Positions 1 to 8,692 of a DNA stretch of 34,637 nucleotides are shown here, piece by piece. The notes beneath the pieces are model-generated. The model saw only the letters and a list, made by a program, of their open reading frames with translations, was not told where the DNA came from and made no database searches. Numbering within the stretch: position 1 is the first letter of the stretch; each line of letters opens with the position of its first letter. Source of the DNA: an uncultured Desulfobacteraceae bacterium. GTDB taxonomy: Bacteria > Desulfobacterota > DSM-4660 > Desulfatiglandales > B25-G16. The position numbers were made by a program, and so were the translations under genes. The stretch covers positions 1 to 34,637 of the forward strand of contig CAYMVB010000067.1 of the NCBI GenBank assembly GCA_964393665.1. Reading direction: 5' to 3'.

Positions 1-1
1 A

Positions 2-163
2 GTTGCAAGGCGGGCATGGGCAAGGAATGAGAATTCTATCAATACGGCAATGGATTACAACACACAGAATGCAGGCAAAGATCATATAACACTTCCGTAC
101 GTAGCAGATGATAATCTAATTGGGAAGCTTGTGGCTAAAAAATACAAAAAAATGGGGGTATAA
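2..163 (+). CDS. 3' end of an unidentified CDS entering from the left edge (53 codons, ends ...KLVAKKYKKMGV*)
   Basis: Frame 2 is open from the window edge to TAA at 161-163 and is the longest open frame here. The fragment is too short to assign a family. Confidence 0.3.
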   Translation, partial: VARRAWARNENSINTAMDYNTQNAGKDHITLPYVADDNLIGKLVAKKYKKMGV

Positions 164-260
164 GGGTCGAATCAATAACCGTTCATGCCTCTTTATTGCT
201 AAGATCCTGGATTGAATGATTGCAAAGTCAACTACTATCAGCTAAAACGATAGTTTGAGG

Positions 261-424
261 GTCAGAGGCACACAGGCACAAAGGCACAGAGTTCTTGAGA
301 CGCATTATTTTTTCTTTGTGCCTGCCTGTGCGATGCACCTGTCTGCGTGCGGACACGCACAGGCAGGCGCAGGCAGGCCTGCCTGTCGGCAGACAGGCCT
401 TTGCTACTTTGCCCTTTTGTGCCT
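261..424. repeat. GC-rich nested-palindrome element with 8-nt periodic AGGCACA units at the left end and the degenerate inverse (TTTGC/TTTGTGCC) at the right end
   Basis: AGGCACA occurs at 266-272, 274-280 and 282-288. CAGGCACAAAG (273-283) pairs perfectly with CTTTGTGCCTG (314-324). There is a perfect 16-nt palindrome CAGGCAGGCCTGCCTG at 370-385 and a hairpin GCCTGTC-GGCA-GACAGGC at 381-398. TTTG-type units lie at 400, 408 and 416. The element sits in a convergent intergenic region and is far more GC-rich than its flanks. Confidence 0.6.
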
Positions 425-452
425 TAACCAGTAAAAATTATTAAACTAAAGT

Positions 453-478
453 CTTCGCCCAAAAGGCGAGGGTTTTTC
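453..478 (+). terminator. Rho-independent terminator-like hairpin, possibly bidirectional
   Basis: CTTCGCC-caaaa-GGCGAGG forms a 7-bp stem with one G-U pair, followed by GTTTTTC. On the minus strand the same hairpin lies about 55-75 nt past the SLC13 stop and is followed by a T-rich tract (ACTTTAGTTTAATAATTTTT). Confidence 0.5.
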
Positions 479-526
479 TCCCATTCCCCGAAGGAGACAA
501 TAATCGTGCTTTTTTTATTCTGCATA

Positions 527-2392
527 TTACAGTGGCCACACCCAAAGGAGCATAGGGATGCTGACAGACACAACCAAAATGTCTGTAGGTAAACCCATAC
601 GCCAGTAATCTCCAAATCTAAATCCTCCAGGACCGAGTATAAGTGTATTGTTTTGATGGCCAATGGGGGTTAGGAAAGCGCAGGAGGCACCGATGGCTAC
701 CGCCATGAGGAAGGTGTCAGGGTTGACGCCAAGCTGCGAGGCCGTACTGATAGATATCGGGCACATAACTGCGGCTGTTGCGGCATTGTTCATAAAGTCC
801 GTCATTAACATAGTGGCAACCAGCATGGCTGCTAATCCAATAACTGCGTCCCCTTTTGCTAGGTTTTCTATTAAAAAGCGAGCTATAAGGTCGGCTGTAC
901 CAGTAGAGTCCATGGCGCTGGCAACTGGAAGCATGGATCCAAGTAACACTATTACTGACCAGTCGACTGCCGCATAGGCAGACCGAGGAGGAACAATCCT
1001 TAAGGCGATGAATAGAACAACGCCTGTAGCAAATGAGACCATAGCATCAAGAAGGCCTAATGCTGAAGAGATTACAGCAGCACCCATTATAAGTGTAGCA
1101 ATCAGTGCCTGGCCTTTTTTTGGGACTCGTATATCGCGTTTGGCCAGGGGCAGGAGGCCGAATTCAGAGGCAAAGCCGGATATTGCTTCAGGGGCCCCCT
1201 GGAGAAGAAGGACATCGCCGGCAAGAATTGGTGTGGATCGTAAACGCTTGATTGAGCGCATACCCTGACGAGATATAGCAAGCAGGTTGATACCATATCT
1301 ATTACGTAATTGAATATCAGATGCTGAACGGCCGTTCAAAATTCCATTAGGCATGGAGACTAATTCCTGGATTACGATTTCACCTGATGTGCTCTTTGCC
1401 TCATTCTCTTTTATTGTTGACGATATGGAGCCTTTAGCTTTGTCCTTTTTGCCTTGTCTTTCTCCAACATTTTTTTCCGTATCCTCATCTTCGGATTTAG
1501 TAGAAACATCCTCTAAAAGCTTGAGGCCTAAACTTGAAAGGGCTGAGGCAAGGGCTTCCGGCTCGGATTCTATTATGAGGATGTCACCTGCATGCAAAAT
1601 TCGGCCCGGGTTAGGTGCGGATAAGTGGAGATTATGGCGTACCAAGCCTAATACCTGGGCGTCTACCTCGTAAAGTTGTTGCTCTACATCGTTCAGTCGC
1701 ATGTCTACCGCGCTGCTACCCTCAACAATAAGTGCCTCACTAATGTACGTTCCAGTATCGAAGCTTGTAGTACCAGCCTGTTTTCGCGCTGGAACCAATC
1801 TCCAGCCAAATAGCCCTACAAAGACTGTACCGATAGCGGTAATAGCAATACCCACTGGCATAAAATCAAACATTGCAAAATTATTCATGCCTACCTCCGC
1901 CCGGAATCCAGAAACAATAAGGTTTGGTGGGGTGCCAATGAGGGTAGTTGTTCCTCCGAGAATAGAGGAGAAGGCAAGAGGCATGAGGACATTACCAGGT
2001 GGTATGTTGTGCTTGTTGGAAATTTGAATGCCCACTGGCATTAGCAGAGCTAAAGCGCCAACATTGTTCATGAAGCCTGAAAGCAATGCTGCCAGAGTGG
2101 CAAGTGCAAGAATACTCAAGGTTGTACCCGAAGACGATGGAAGAATTTTTTGAGCCAACACATCTATAGCCCCGCTATTTTGCAGGCCACTGCTCAGAAT
2201 TAAAACACAGGCTACAGTAATAACGGCTGGGTGGCTAAAACCTCGGAAGGCCTCTCCTACCGGAACGAGGCCAAAAAATACGCATAAGAGCAAGGCACCT
2301 GCTGCAACGATATCATGACGCCAACGGCCCCAAAGAAACATAGATACTGCTGCTACTAGTACCGAAAGGATTAAAACTTGGTCATTAGTCAT
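527..2392 (-). CDS. SLC13/DASS (citrate-transporter-like) permease with two central TrkA-C (RCK C-terminal) domains
   Basis: 621-aa ORF. Both ends are polytopic and hydrophobic. Two TrkA-C-like segments (...AGDILIIESEPEAL... and ...AGDVLLLQGAPEAI...) are separated by a charged linker, which is the typical architecture of this permease family. Confidence 0.85.
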   Translation of the reverse strand: MTNDQVLILSVLVAAVSMFLWGRWRHDIVAAGALLLCVFFGLVPVGEAFRGFSHPAVITVACVLILSSGLQNSGAIDVLAQKILPSSSGTTLSILALATLAALLSGFMNNVGALALLMPVGIQISNKHNIPPGNVLMPLAFSSILGGTTTLIGTPPNLIVSGFRAEVGMNNFAMFDFMPVGIAITAIGTVFVGLFGWRLVPARKQAGTTSFDTGTYISEALIVEGSSAVDMRLNDVEQQLYEVDAQVLGLVRHNLHLSAPNPGRILHAGDILIIESEPEALASALSSLGLKLLEDVSTKSEDEDTEKNVGERQGKKDKAKGSISSTIKENEAKSTSGEIVIQELVSMPNGILNGRSASDIQLRNRYGINLLAISRQGMRSIKRLRSTPILAGDVLLLQGAPEAISGFASEFGLLPLAKRDIRVPKKGQALIATLIMGAAVISSALGLLDAMVSFATGVVLFIALRIVPPRSAYAAVDWSVIVLLGSMLPVASAMDSTGTADLIARFLIENLAKGDAVIGLAAMLVATMLMTDFMNNAATAAVMCPISISTASQLGVNPDTFLMAVAIGASCAFLTPIGHQNNTLILGPGGFRFGDYWRMGLPTDILVVSVSIPMLLWVWPL

Positions 2393-2866
2393 AAAGATTC
2401 GCCTGAATTCATATCAGCCAAGATGCATAGTAACAAAAAAAATTTTATATAATATACTCATCAAATAAAAAATATAGTATCTATTTTTGCCTTAAAAATG
2501 CTGTAAGTAAAGCCTGATTTTTCCAATTCTAATACAACAAAAAAATTCAGGTTAGGATATTATAATAGTTAGGATGATTTAAAAAAAGTTTTATGAGTAT
2601 GTGCTTGTCATTATTACATTTATCGAACAAAGAGAGCCTCAAGTGCTTGGATTTTCAGTTCATTTGATGTTTAATCGTTACAATAAGCTTATGGGGTATA
2701 CGAAATTGGAGGAAGGCGCGTGTAGCTGAATACCACAAGGAGGAGATGATCATGGCCTAAAATATCCCTAAAGTAACCCGTTATATAAAAAAACAATACT
2801 GCCCCTCTATCTGAAAAAGAGGTTCGTGTATAATGTATATGGCTTTTAAAAATGTAATTTTGTACA

Positions 2867-3604
2867 CTAAAGTATTTGGCTAAGGAATAATTTTGTCCTG
2901 TCGTGAATTGGGTTTGTAAAAAAATGTTCTGCGGTCCCTTCCTCAATAATTTGCCCTGAGTCCATAAAGACAACGCGATCGGAGACCTCTCTCGCAAAAC
3001 CCATTTCATGTGTTACAACCACCATAGTTATTCCCTCTTTGGCAAGTTTTTTCATGACGTCTAATACCTCTCCAATCATTTCAGGGTCAAGGGCTGATGT
3101 GGCTTCATCAAACATCATTATTTTGGGATGCATGGCAAGTGCCCTGGCTATCGCCACTCTTTGTTGCTGGCCGCCTGAAAGCTGTGATGGATAATTACTT
3201 TCCTTTTCGAGAATATTTACCTTATGGAGCAGATCTTTAGCAATTTCAATAGCCTCGCTTTTATTTCTCTTTCGCACAATCTGCTGGGCGAGAATGACAT
3301 TTTCCATAACGGTTTTGTGGGGGAAGAGGTTAAAAAGTTGAAATACCATTCCTATCTCCTCCCGTACCTTATTGATGTTTACCTTCTTTCCATATATGTC
3401 AACGTCATGAATAAAAATCTGGCCACTATCTATCTCTTCAAGCCGGTTGAGGCATCTTAAGAATGTGCTTTTCCCTGACCCGCTAGGCCCTATAAATACT
3501 ACTACCTCCCCTTTTTTAATATGTGCTGAAAAGTCAACCAGGGCCTTTACCTCCCTACGGTCATGAGTTCTAAAGGTTTTGTATGCATTTTTAACTTTAA
3601 TCAC
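2867..3604 (-). CDS. Polar amino-acid ABC transporter ATP-binding protein (GlnQ/HisP-like)
   Basis: Walker [13 protein letters not shown] signature [15 protein letters not shown], Walker [12 protein letters not shown]. It overlaps the permease gene by 8 nt. Confidence 0.9.
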   Translation of the reverse strand: MIKVKNAYKTFRTHDRREVKALVDFSAHIKKGEVVVFIGPSGSGKSTFLRCLNRLEEIDSGQIFIHDVDIYGKKVNINKVREEIGMVFQLFNLFPHKTVMENVILAQQIVRKRNKSEAIEIAKDLLHKVNILEKESNYPSQLSGGQQQRVAIARALAMHPKIMMFDEATSALDPEMIGEVLDVMKKLAKEGITMVVVTHEMGFAREVSDRVVFMDSGQIIEEGTAEHFFTNPIHDRTKLFLSQIL

Positions 3605-4448
3605 TGATCGCTAACCTCCTTTCAACGTATTGGGTTGCCATTGACAGGGAAAACGTCATTATAAGGTATAGGAAGGCCACAGTAAACCACACCTCAAAGG
3701 TATAATAAGATCTTGCAACTGCCTGCTGTCCCTGGAAGGTAAGGTCGGCCAGGGCAATGACGGATACTAGGGAGGAGTCTTTTATGAGAGAAATAAATTG
3801 GCCGGCAAGTGGAGGTATGATACGCTTGAATGCTTGTGGAAGAATAACGTAACGCATGGCTTGGGCGTATGACATGCCAAGAGATCGTGCTGCCTCCATT
3901 TGCCCCTTATGGATGGATTGAATACCAGACCGGACGATTTCTCCGACATAGGCACCTGCAAATATTGACAGACCTGCAGTGCCAGCTACGAATGCAGATA
4001 GCCTTAGTATAGATCCGACAAAGAAATAGATCATGAAGATTTGAACAAGAAGCGGCGTGTTTCTTATGAGTTCCACGTAGGCCAGTGAAAGTCCACGTGT
4101 TACAGGTTCCTTGGATAGTCTCGCAATGCCCACAATGGTTCCAATGATGATGCCGAAAAATGTTGCCAAAATAGAAATCTTTAAGGTTAACACGAAGCCC
4201 ATCATGAGCACACCCATACGTAAGCGAATAACTGGATCATCAGCAGATTTGGAACCTCGATAAAACAGCATTTCGGGGACTTTTTCCCAGTGCCATATAT
4301 ACGTGATTCCCCTTCTGACAAGGAAATAATAGGCTGCTGTTGCGAAGAGGGCCAGTATAGCTAATGTGATAAGCGATCTTTTATTAAACGTCAAACTAAG
4401 CCTCCCTTTTATATATTGAATGGACGTGAACTTCCCGTTGGATTTCAT
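3597..4448 (-). CDS. Amino-acid ABC transporter permease (His/Glu/Gln/Arg/opine family)
   Basis: 283-aa polytopic protein with the EAA-like loop [23 protein letters not shown]. It lies between the ATPase and binding-protein genes on the same strand. Confidence 0.85.
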   Translation of the reverse strand: MKSNGKFTSIQYIKGRLSLTFNKRSLITLAILALFATAAYYFLVRRGITYIWHWEKVPEMLFYRGSKSADDPVIRLRMGVLMMGFVLTLKISILATFFGIIIGTIVGIARLSKEPVTRGLSLAYVELIRNTPLLVQIFMIYFFVGSILRLSAFVAGTAGLSIFAGAYVGEIVRSGIQSIHKGQMEAARSLGMSYAQAMRYVILPQAFKRIIPPLAGQFISLIKDSSLVSVIALADLTFQGQQAVARSYYTFEVWFTVAFLYLIMTFSLSMATQYVERRLAISD

Positions 4449-4544
4449 CCAACTGTTTTTATCTAAAATTGCATTATTTGAAGAGGCAAGAGGTAATCGA
4501 TTTAAATAAATGGGGGCGGTAAATTGGCCCCCATTACATTTTTT

Positions 4545-5387
4545 TTACTGCTTTTCGGCCATTTCATTTACATAGTCAACAAACCATTTTTGTTTAATTT
4601 GTTCCCAGCGGCCGTCACCTCGAACCTGGGCCAGAAAATTGTTAAGAAAGTTAATAAAGTCTGGATCACCCTTGCGCACAGCCCATGCAAGAGGCTCATA
4701 TGTTAATGGTTCAAAAAGCCCCATGGTTGTTTCTTTGTATTTGGCTGCAAAGACCCTGACCTGGGGTTCGTCATAAATATAGGCATCTGCCAGGCCATTT
4801 GCTACTTGAAGGGCACCCTCCGCCTCTGTTTTAAATAGCCTAAGGGTCGCCAGTGGCATTAATTTTTCCGCTGTAAATGCCCCTGTTACCCCCAGCTTGC
4901 TGGTTACAATAACGCCTTTTTTGTTTAAATCCTTATAGCTTTTAATCTTATCCTTATCTTTTTTGTTGATCAGTAAAGTTTGGCCTATATAATAATACGG
5001 TTCGCAGAAGTTTACTTTAAGATTTCGGCTTTGAAGAACCGTCATGCCTGCCATGATAATGTCATATTTGTGTGTCATTAGTCCAGGTATTATACCATCC
5101 CAGGCCGTATTAACAATCTCAACCTTTTTCTCTCCGCCTTCACCAAAAATAGCCTTACCCATTTCGTAGGCCATATCTACATCAAAACCAACAATATTTC
5201 CCTTTTCATCCTGCATTTCAAATGGCTGGTAACCTGCCTCAAGCCCTACTAAAAGTTTCCCGCGCTTCAATATTTCTTCAAGGGCGGATGCCTTGGCGAT
5301 ATCTTCAGGTGTTATGGCCATTACAGAACCTGCGCAAAACGATCCAATAATTATAAGACTTATTAATGCAAAAAATAGTTTTTTCAT
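4545..5387 (-). CDS. Amino-acid ABC transporter substrate-binding protein (family 3 SBP)
   Basis: N-terminal signal peptide MKKLFFALISLIIIGSFCAGSVMA. The body is SBP_bac_3-like (GFDVDMAYEMGK..., WDGIIPGL..KYDIIMAGMT). It is the first gene of the transporter operon. Confidence 0.85.
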   Translation of the reverse strand: MKKLFFALISLIIIGSFCAGSVMAITPEDIAKASALEEILKRGKLLVGLEAGYQPFEMQDEKGNIVGFDVDMAYEMGKAIFGEGGEKKVEIVNTAWDGIIPGLMTHKYDIIMAGMTVLQSRNLKVNFCEPYYYIGQTLLINKKDKDKIKSYKDLNKKGVIVTSKLGVTGAFTAEKLMPLATLRLFKTEAEGALQVANGLADAYIYDEPQVRVFAAKYKETTMGLFEPLTYEPLAWAVRKGDPDFINFLNNFLAQVRGDGRWEQIKQKWFVDYVNEMAEKQ

Positions 5388-5734
5388 TTCGAGTTCCTTT
5401 CATTAATTAAAATTTTTTATGGTGCATTTAATTAGGCTCCCTATCTTTTGGTTTAATTAATTTGTTTAACCTCACCCCCCTTCCTCCAAATAGTTAAGAT
5501 ATTTGTTAAGGACCTCATGTTTATAGCCGATAGTATAGTGATAAAATAAATTGAAATATTTTTTATTTAATAAAAAAATTATTTTATTGTTTTATAAGTT
5601 ATTTGAGGATAATGTCAACATCTTTGTTAGGGTAGGGCCTACCTGGAGAAATTTTGATGGGTATTTTCCATCCCATCATGAGAAATGGGGTATGTTATAA
5701 AAATGTCTACGATAAGAGACTATAGTTGATTTTT

Positions 5735-6622
5735 TTATAGAGATGGCCTTTTTCCTTTTTTTGAAGAAATAAAGATAGCAAGGAAGATTAAAACAATGCC
5801 TAAGGATTGGATCGGTTTTATAAGTTCCCCGAATATGAAATATGCCAGTATAGATGCACCGATAGGCTCTCCCAATATGGTAATTGCAACCATATTAGTT
5901 CTTAGGTGCCTCAAGGCCCAGTTAAAAGCAGTATGACCTATTAATTGCGGAATAATGGCAAGAAGGAATAAATACACATAAGAGCTTGAGCTATAGCCGA
6001 AAAATGGAACCTTAAGGCATATTGAGGTCATTAATAGAATTAATGCGGAAAACGTATAAACTAAGGATATATAAGGCAGAATATCTACGTTTTTTCTTAA
6101 TATCGAGCCGATAATCAGGTAGCCACTAACCATGATGGCGCCTAAGAGGGCCAGAAAATCTCCAAACAAATATGAAGTGTTTTTAATAGTAAGACCTTGC
6201 AGGCCGCTATCACCAATTACCAGTATAAAGCTCCCTAAAAAAGACAGGATAATGCCGTAAATGATTTCGAGGGGCTGTTTTTCCTTGAGAAAAAAATATG
6301 AGAATATTCCTATAAAAATGGGGTTTGTTGTTACGAGAACAACACTGCTGGCAACAGAGGTAAACTTCAGTGAGCTGATCCAAAAGAAAAAATGAAGGGA
6401 TAGAAAAATTCCCCCAAGTAAAGCAAGGGTGAGTTGTTTTTTTGTAAAGCTAAAAAATTCTACCCCTTTTGCCTTGGCAATGATCAATAGGATTATAGAT
6501 GATATAGTAAGGCGGTATGATGCTATCATAATTGACGGCACATCTTCACAAAATTTTATAAAGATAGAGGCAAAGGATATGGCCACAATGCCAATAGACA
6601 CGAAAAAAATGGTCTTAAACAA
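5735..6622 (-). CDS. EamA/DMT-family transporter
   Basis: 295 aa with about 10 hydrophobic helices arranged as two EamA-like repeats. The start is TTG at 6622, preceded by GGTGAG at a 5-nt spacing, so the start is uncertain. Confidence 0.8.
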   Translation of the reverse strand: MFKTIFFVSIGIVAISFASIFIKFCEDVPSIMIASYRLTISSIILLIIAKAKGVEFFSFTKKQLTLALLGGIFLSLHFFFWISSLKFTSVASSVVLVTTNPIFIGIFSYFFLKEKQPLEIIYGIILSFLGSFILVIGDSGLQGLTIKNTSYLFGDFLALLGAIMVSGYLIIGSILRKNVDILPYISLVYTFSALILLMTSICLKVPFFGYSSSSYVYLFLLAIIPQLIGHTAFNWALRHLRTNMVAITILGEPIGASILAYFIFGELIKPIQSLGIVLIFLAIFISSKKGKRPSL

Positions 6623-6842
6623 GATTGCTCACCATTTTTGTAATTTTTTGTCATTTTGTCATTTTTTGCTTGACAATCATGTATTTTTGGTTCATAGGAA
6701 ACGTAATATAATTATAATCTATATCTATTAATATAAATAAAACTAATTCATAATTATAATATATAATTTAAATTAATTAATGTTTCAAATTAACGGTCAA
6801 AAATAACACGAAAACAACTATTATTACAGTTATTATTTAAGG

Positions 6843-6871
6843 TTGACTAAAATATATTAAGGCTGTATATA
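6843..6871 (+). promoter_or_regulatory. Candidate sigma-70 promoter for the 468-aa orphan gene
   Basis: TTGACT (6843-6848), a 17-nt spacer, then TATATA (6866-6871) with TG immediately upstream. This would give a leader of about 140 nt. Confidence 0.3.
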
Positions 6872-7020
6872 AGGCATATTTGCTGAAATCTTTACAATTG
6901 TTATAGTTTGTTTTTTAGGCTAACGTTGATAAAAAAATAAAATTTTGTTTTTTGGTGGCATGCAATTGGTATAAAAATTGCAGTTAAATCATATATTGTA
7001 AAACAAGAGGAGATTACATA

Positions 7021-8427
7021 TTGTTTTCGGACATGGAAAAGACTGCATTAGAGGCAGTTTGCAGGGAAATGATAGAAACGGTTCTCTTATGTATGCCTAA
7101 TGCATTTAAGGGAACTATTTACAGGGTTGGGCCACCGCCTGACCTAACTGCGGAGAGAATAACATCCGGTATAATCAGCAATGGGAACACAAAGATATCA
7201 TGGGGGCTTCCTTATGAATCTGAGTATAACCACCCTGGTAAAAAATGGTCAGAGTACAGAGATGAGCCGGGAAGGGCGCTTGAAGCAATGGCCTGGTGTG
7301 TCGAGAAACAAAAAAGCTGGACCTCTGAAGAACCAAAAAATGATTCACGGAATATTTTGATGCAAGTTGAGGGTAAACCTGACGATTTCTTCCACATGGA
7401 GCCCGTGCTATTGCATAAGTCAGATGCCCAATCAGATGCATATATGTCGTCGCAATTTATAAAGGATTATAAAGACGATCTTATATGGAAGGAAAGCGAC
7501 TACATTGTTATTGCAGTTATTAAGATTCATTTTAAACCCTATACCATCAAAATAGGAAGCAATGAGACTATTATCATGAAGAGACTCTCTCGCTCTCTTG
7601 GGACAGAGCTCCTTTCTCATAGGTTGCGGGATGATTCAATGAAGACTATGCAGAGATTGGCAAAGGACAGGTTAAATGCTTTTAATATACTTGCGGACTC
7701 TCTTCGGAATGCTATTACAAAATCTGCATTAATTTTTTCCCTTATTAAACAGGAAATAGGGTATTTGAGGGACCAGTGGGAGAGGCTGATTTTGGAGAAT
7801 AGAGAGGAGAAAGGCATAAAGTTTGAGGCTATTAAGGAATTAAATGATATCTTAAGTACTTTAGATGAAGAAGACAACGAGCTTCGAACCAATTTAATGG
7901 ATGCTCACAACAAATTTCTTGAGCTTTCCTTACCCACTGAAAAAGGAATAAATTGGCTGAATATGCAGATAAAAGAAAGATGGACCACTTTGTTTACTAA
8001 AATCCCGCATGATGATAAAAAGGAAGCAATTGTTTGGGATACTATAGATAAGCTAGAAAAATCACTTTATTTTGGTCAGGATACAGATATAATTAACAGT
8101 TACAAAAAAATTCCGGACGAGACCAAAACAGAGTGGGTAAGGCTTATTTATGGCAATGATGATAGTTTTAACAACTCTTCCCTTGATCATGTTATTGATA
8201 TATTAGATAACTCCAACATTAATATACCTTATCAGGAAAAATCAAAAAAGGCCTTGAAACAACTCAAGGCTCTCAGGGATACTATGTGCCAGCTTGAGAG
8301 AAACACTAATTTTCTTCTTTACCAGGTTCTTAACGGGGGCGATGAGGGACTGGTTTTGGAAAATACAAATGAAATTGATCACCTTGTCAATAAAAATTAC
8401 TTCCTTGATGAAAATTCAGCACATTAG
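7021..8427 (+). CDS. Hypothetical protein with a GAF-like N-terminal half and a long alpha-helical/coiled-coil C-terminal half, with no recognisable output domain
   Basis: 468-codon ORF. The TTG start at 7021 is preceded by AAGAGGAG (7005-7012) at an 8-nt spacing; the next ATG is at 7033. Residues about 10-200 follow a GAF-like pattern (GRALEAMAWCVEKQKSW, HMEPVLL, IVIAVIKIHF). The remainder is charged and heptad-like. I recognised no enzymatic motif. Confidence 0.6.
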   Translation: MFSDMEKTALEAVCREMIETVLLCMPNAFKGTIYRVGPPPDLTAERITSGIISNGNTKISWGLPYESEYNHPGKKWSEYRDEPGRALEAMAWCVEKQKSWTSEEPKNDSRNILMQVEGKPDDFFHMEPVLLHKSDAQSDAYMSSQFIKDYKDDLIWKESDYIVIAVIKIHFKPYTIKIGSNETIIMKRLSRSLGTELLSHRLRDDSMKTMQRLAKDRLNAFNILADSLRNAITKSALIFSLIKQEIGYLRDQWERLILENREEKGIKFEAIKELNDILSTLDEEDNELRTNLMDAHNKFLELSLPTEKGINWLNMQIKERWTTLFTKIPHDDKKEAIVWDTIDKLEKSLYFGQDTDIINSYKKIPDETKTEWVRLIYGNDDSFNNSSLDHVIDILDNSNINIPYQEKSKKALKQLKALRDTMCQLERNTNFLLYQVLNGGDEGLVLENTNEIDHLVNKNYFLDENSAH

Positions 8428-8692
8428 AAAACTCTCAGAAAAATATCATTAACCGCCGCACAGGACTTTCTTAAAGAGAGCCATTCACTCGATTTCTATT
8501 CAATTACTGCTTAGATTTACCCGATATCAAGAAAAGGTTGTCAATTACAATAAATGCTTTTTTATGATAACCCCCTAATCGATACGAGGTGTATTCCCCT
8601 TAAGTTTTTTCTCAGAAAGGAACAAATTTGATTATCGACAAAATGTTGGCAGTGGCAAATAAGATTGTTCTCAGTGGATGGAGAGAAATACA

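Noticed and set aside
424-2027. ORF-track entries 424-663(-), 663-977(+), 1008-1268(+), 1102-1296(-), 1353-1673(+) and 1701-2027(+)
   Set aside because: All lie antisense to, or out of frame within, the well-supported 621-aa SLC13 permease gene, or in the case of 424-663 straddle its stop. Their translations are low-complexity Ala/Ser/Pro/Arg-rich, typical of shadow frames in a relatively GC-rich gene.
2738-2760. Strong SD (AAGGAGGAG) followed by ATG-ATC-ATG-GCC-TAA on the plus strand
   Set aside because: The reading frame is only 4 codons long. No plus-strand gene lies downstream, since the neighbours are both on the minus strand. It is most likely a chance purine tract.
2689-3009. 106-aa minus-strand ORF overlapping the 3' end of the ABC ATPase gene
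   Set aside because: It overlaps the strongly supported ATPase CDS out of frame. It has no SD and no recognisable motifs.
6954-6976. Sigma-54-like TGGCAT...TTGG upstream of the 468-aa orphan gene
   Set aside because: The spacing between the GG and the downstream element is one nt short of the GG-N10-GC rule, and the -12 element is TTGG rather than TTGC. No enhancer-binding protein gene is nearby.
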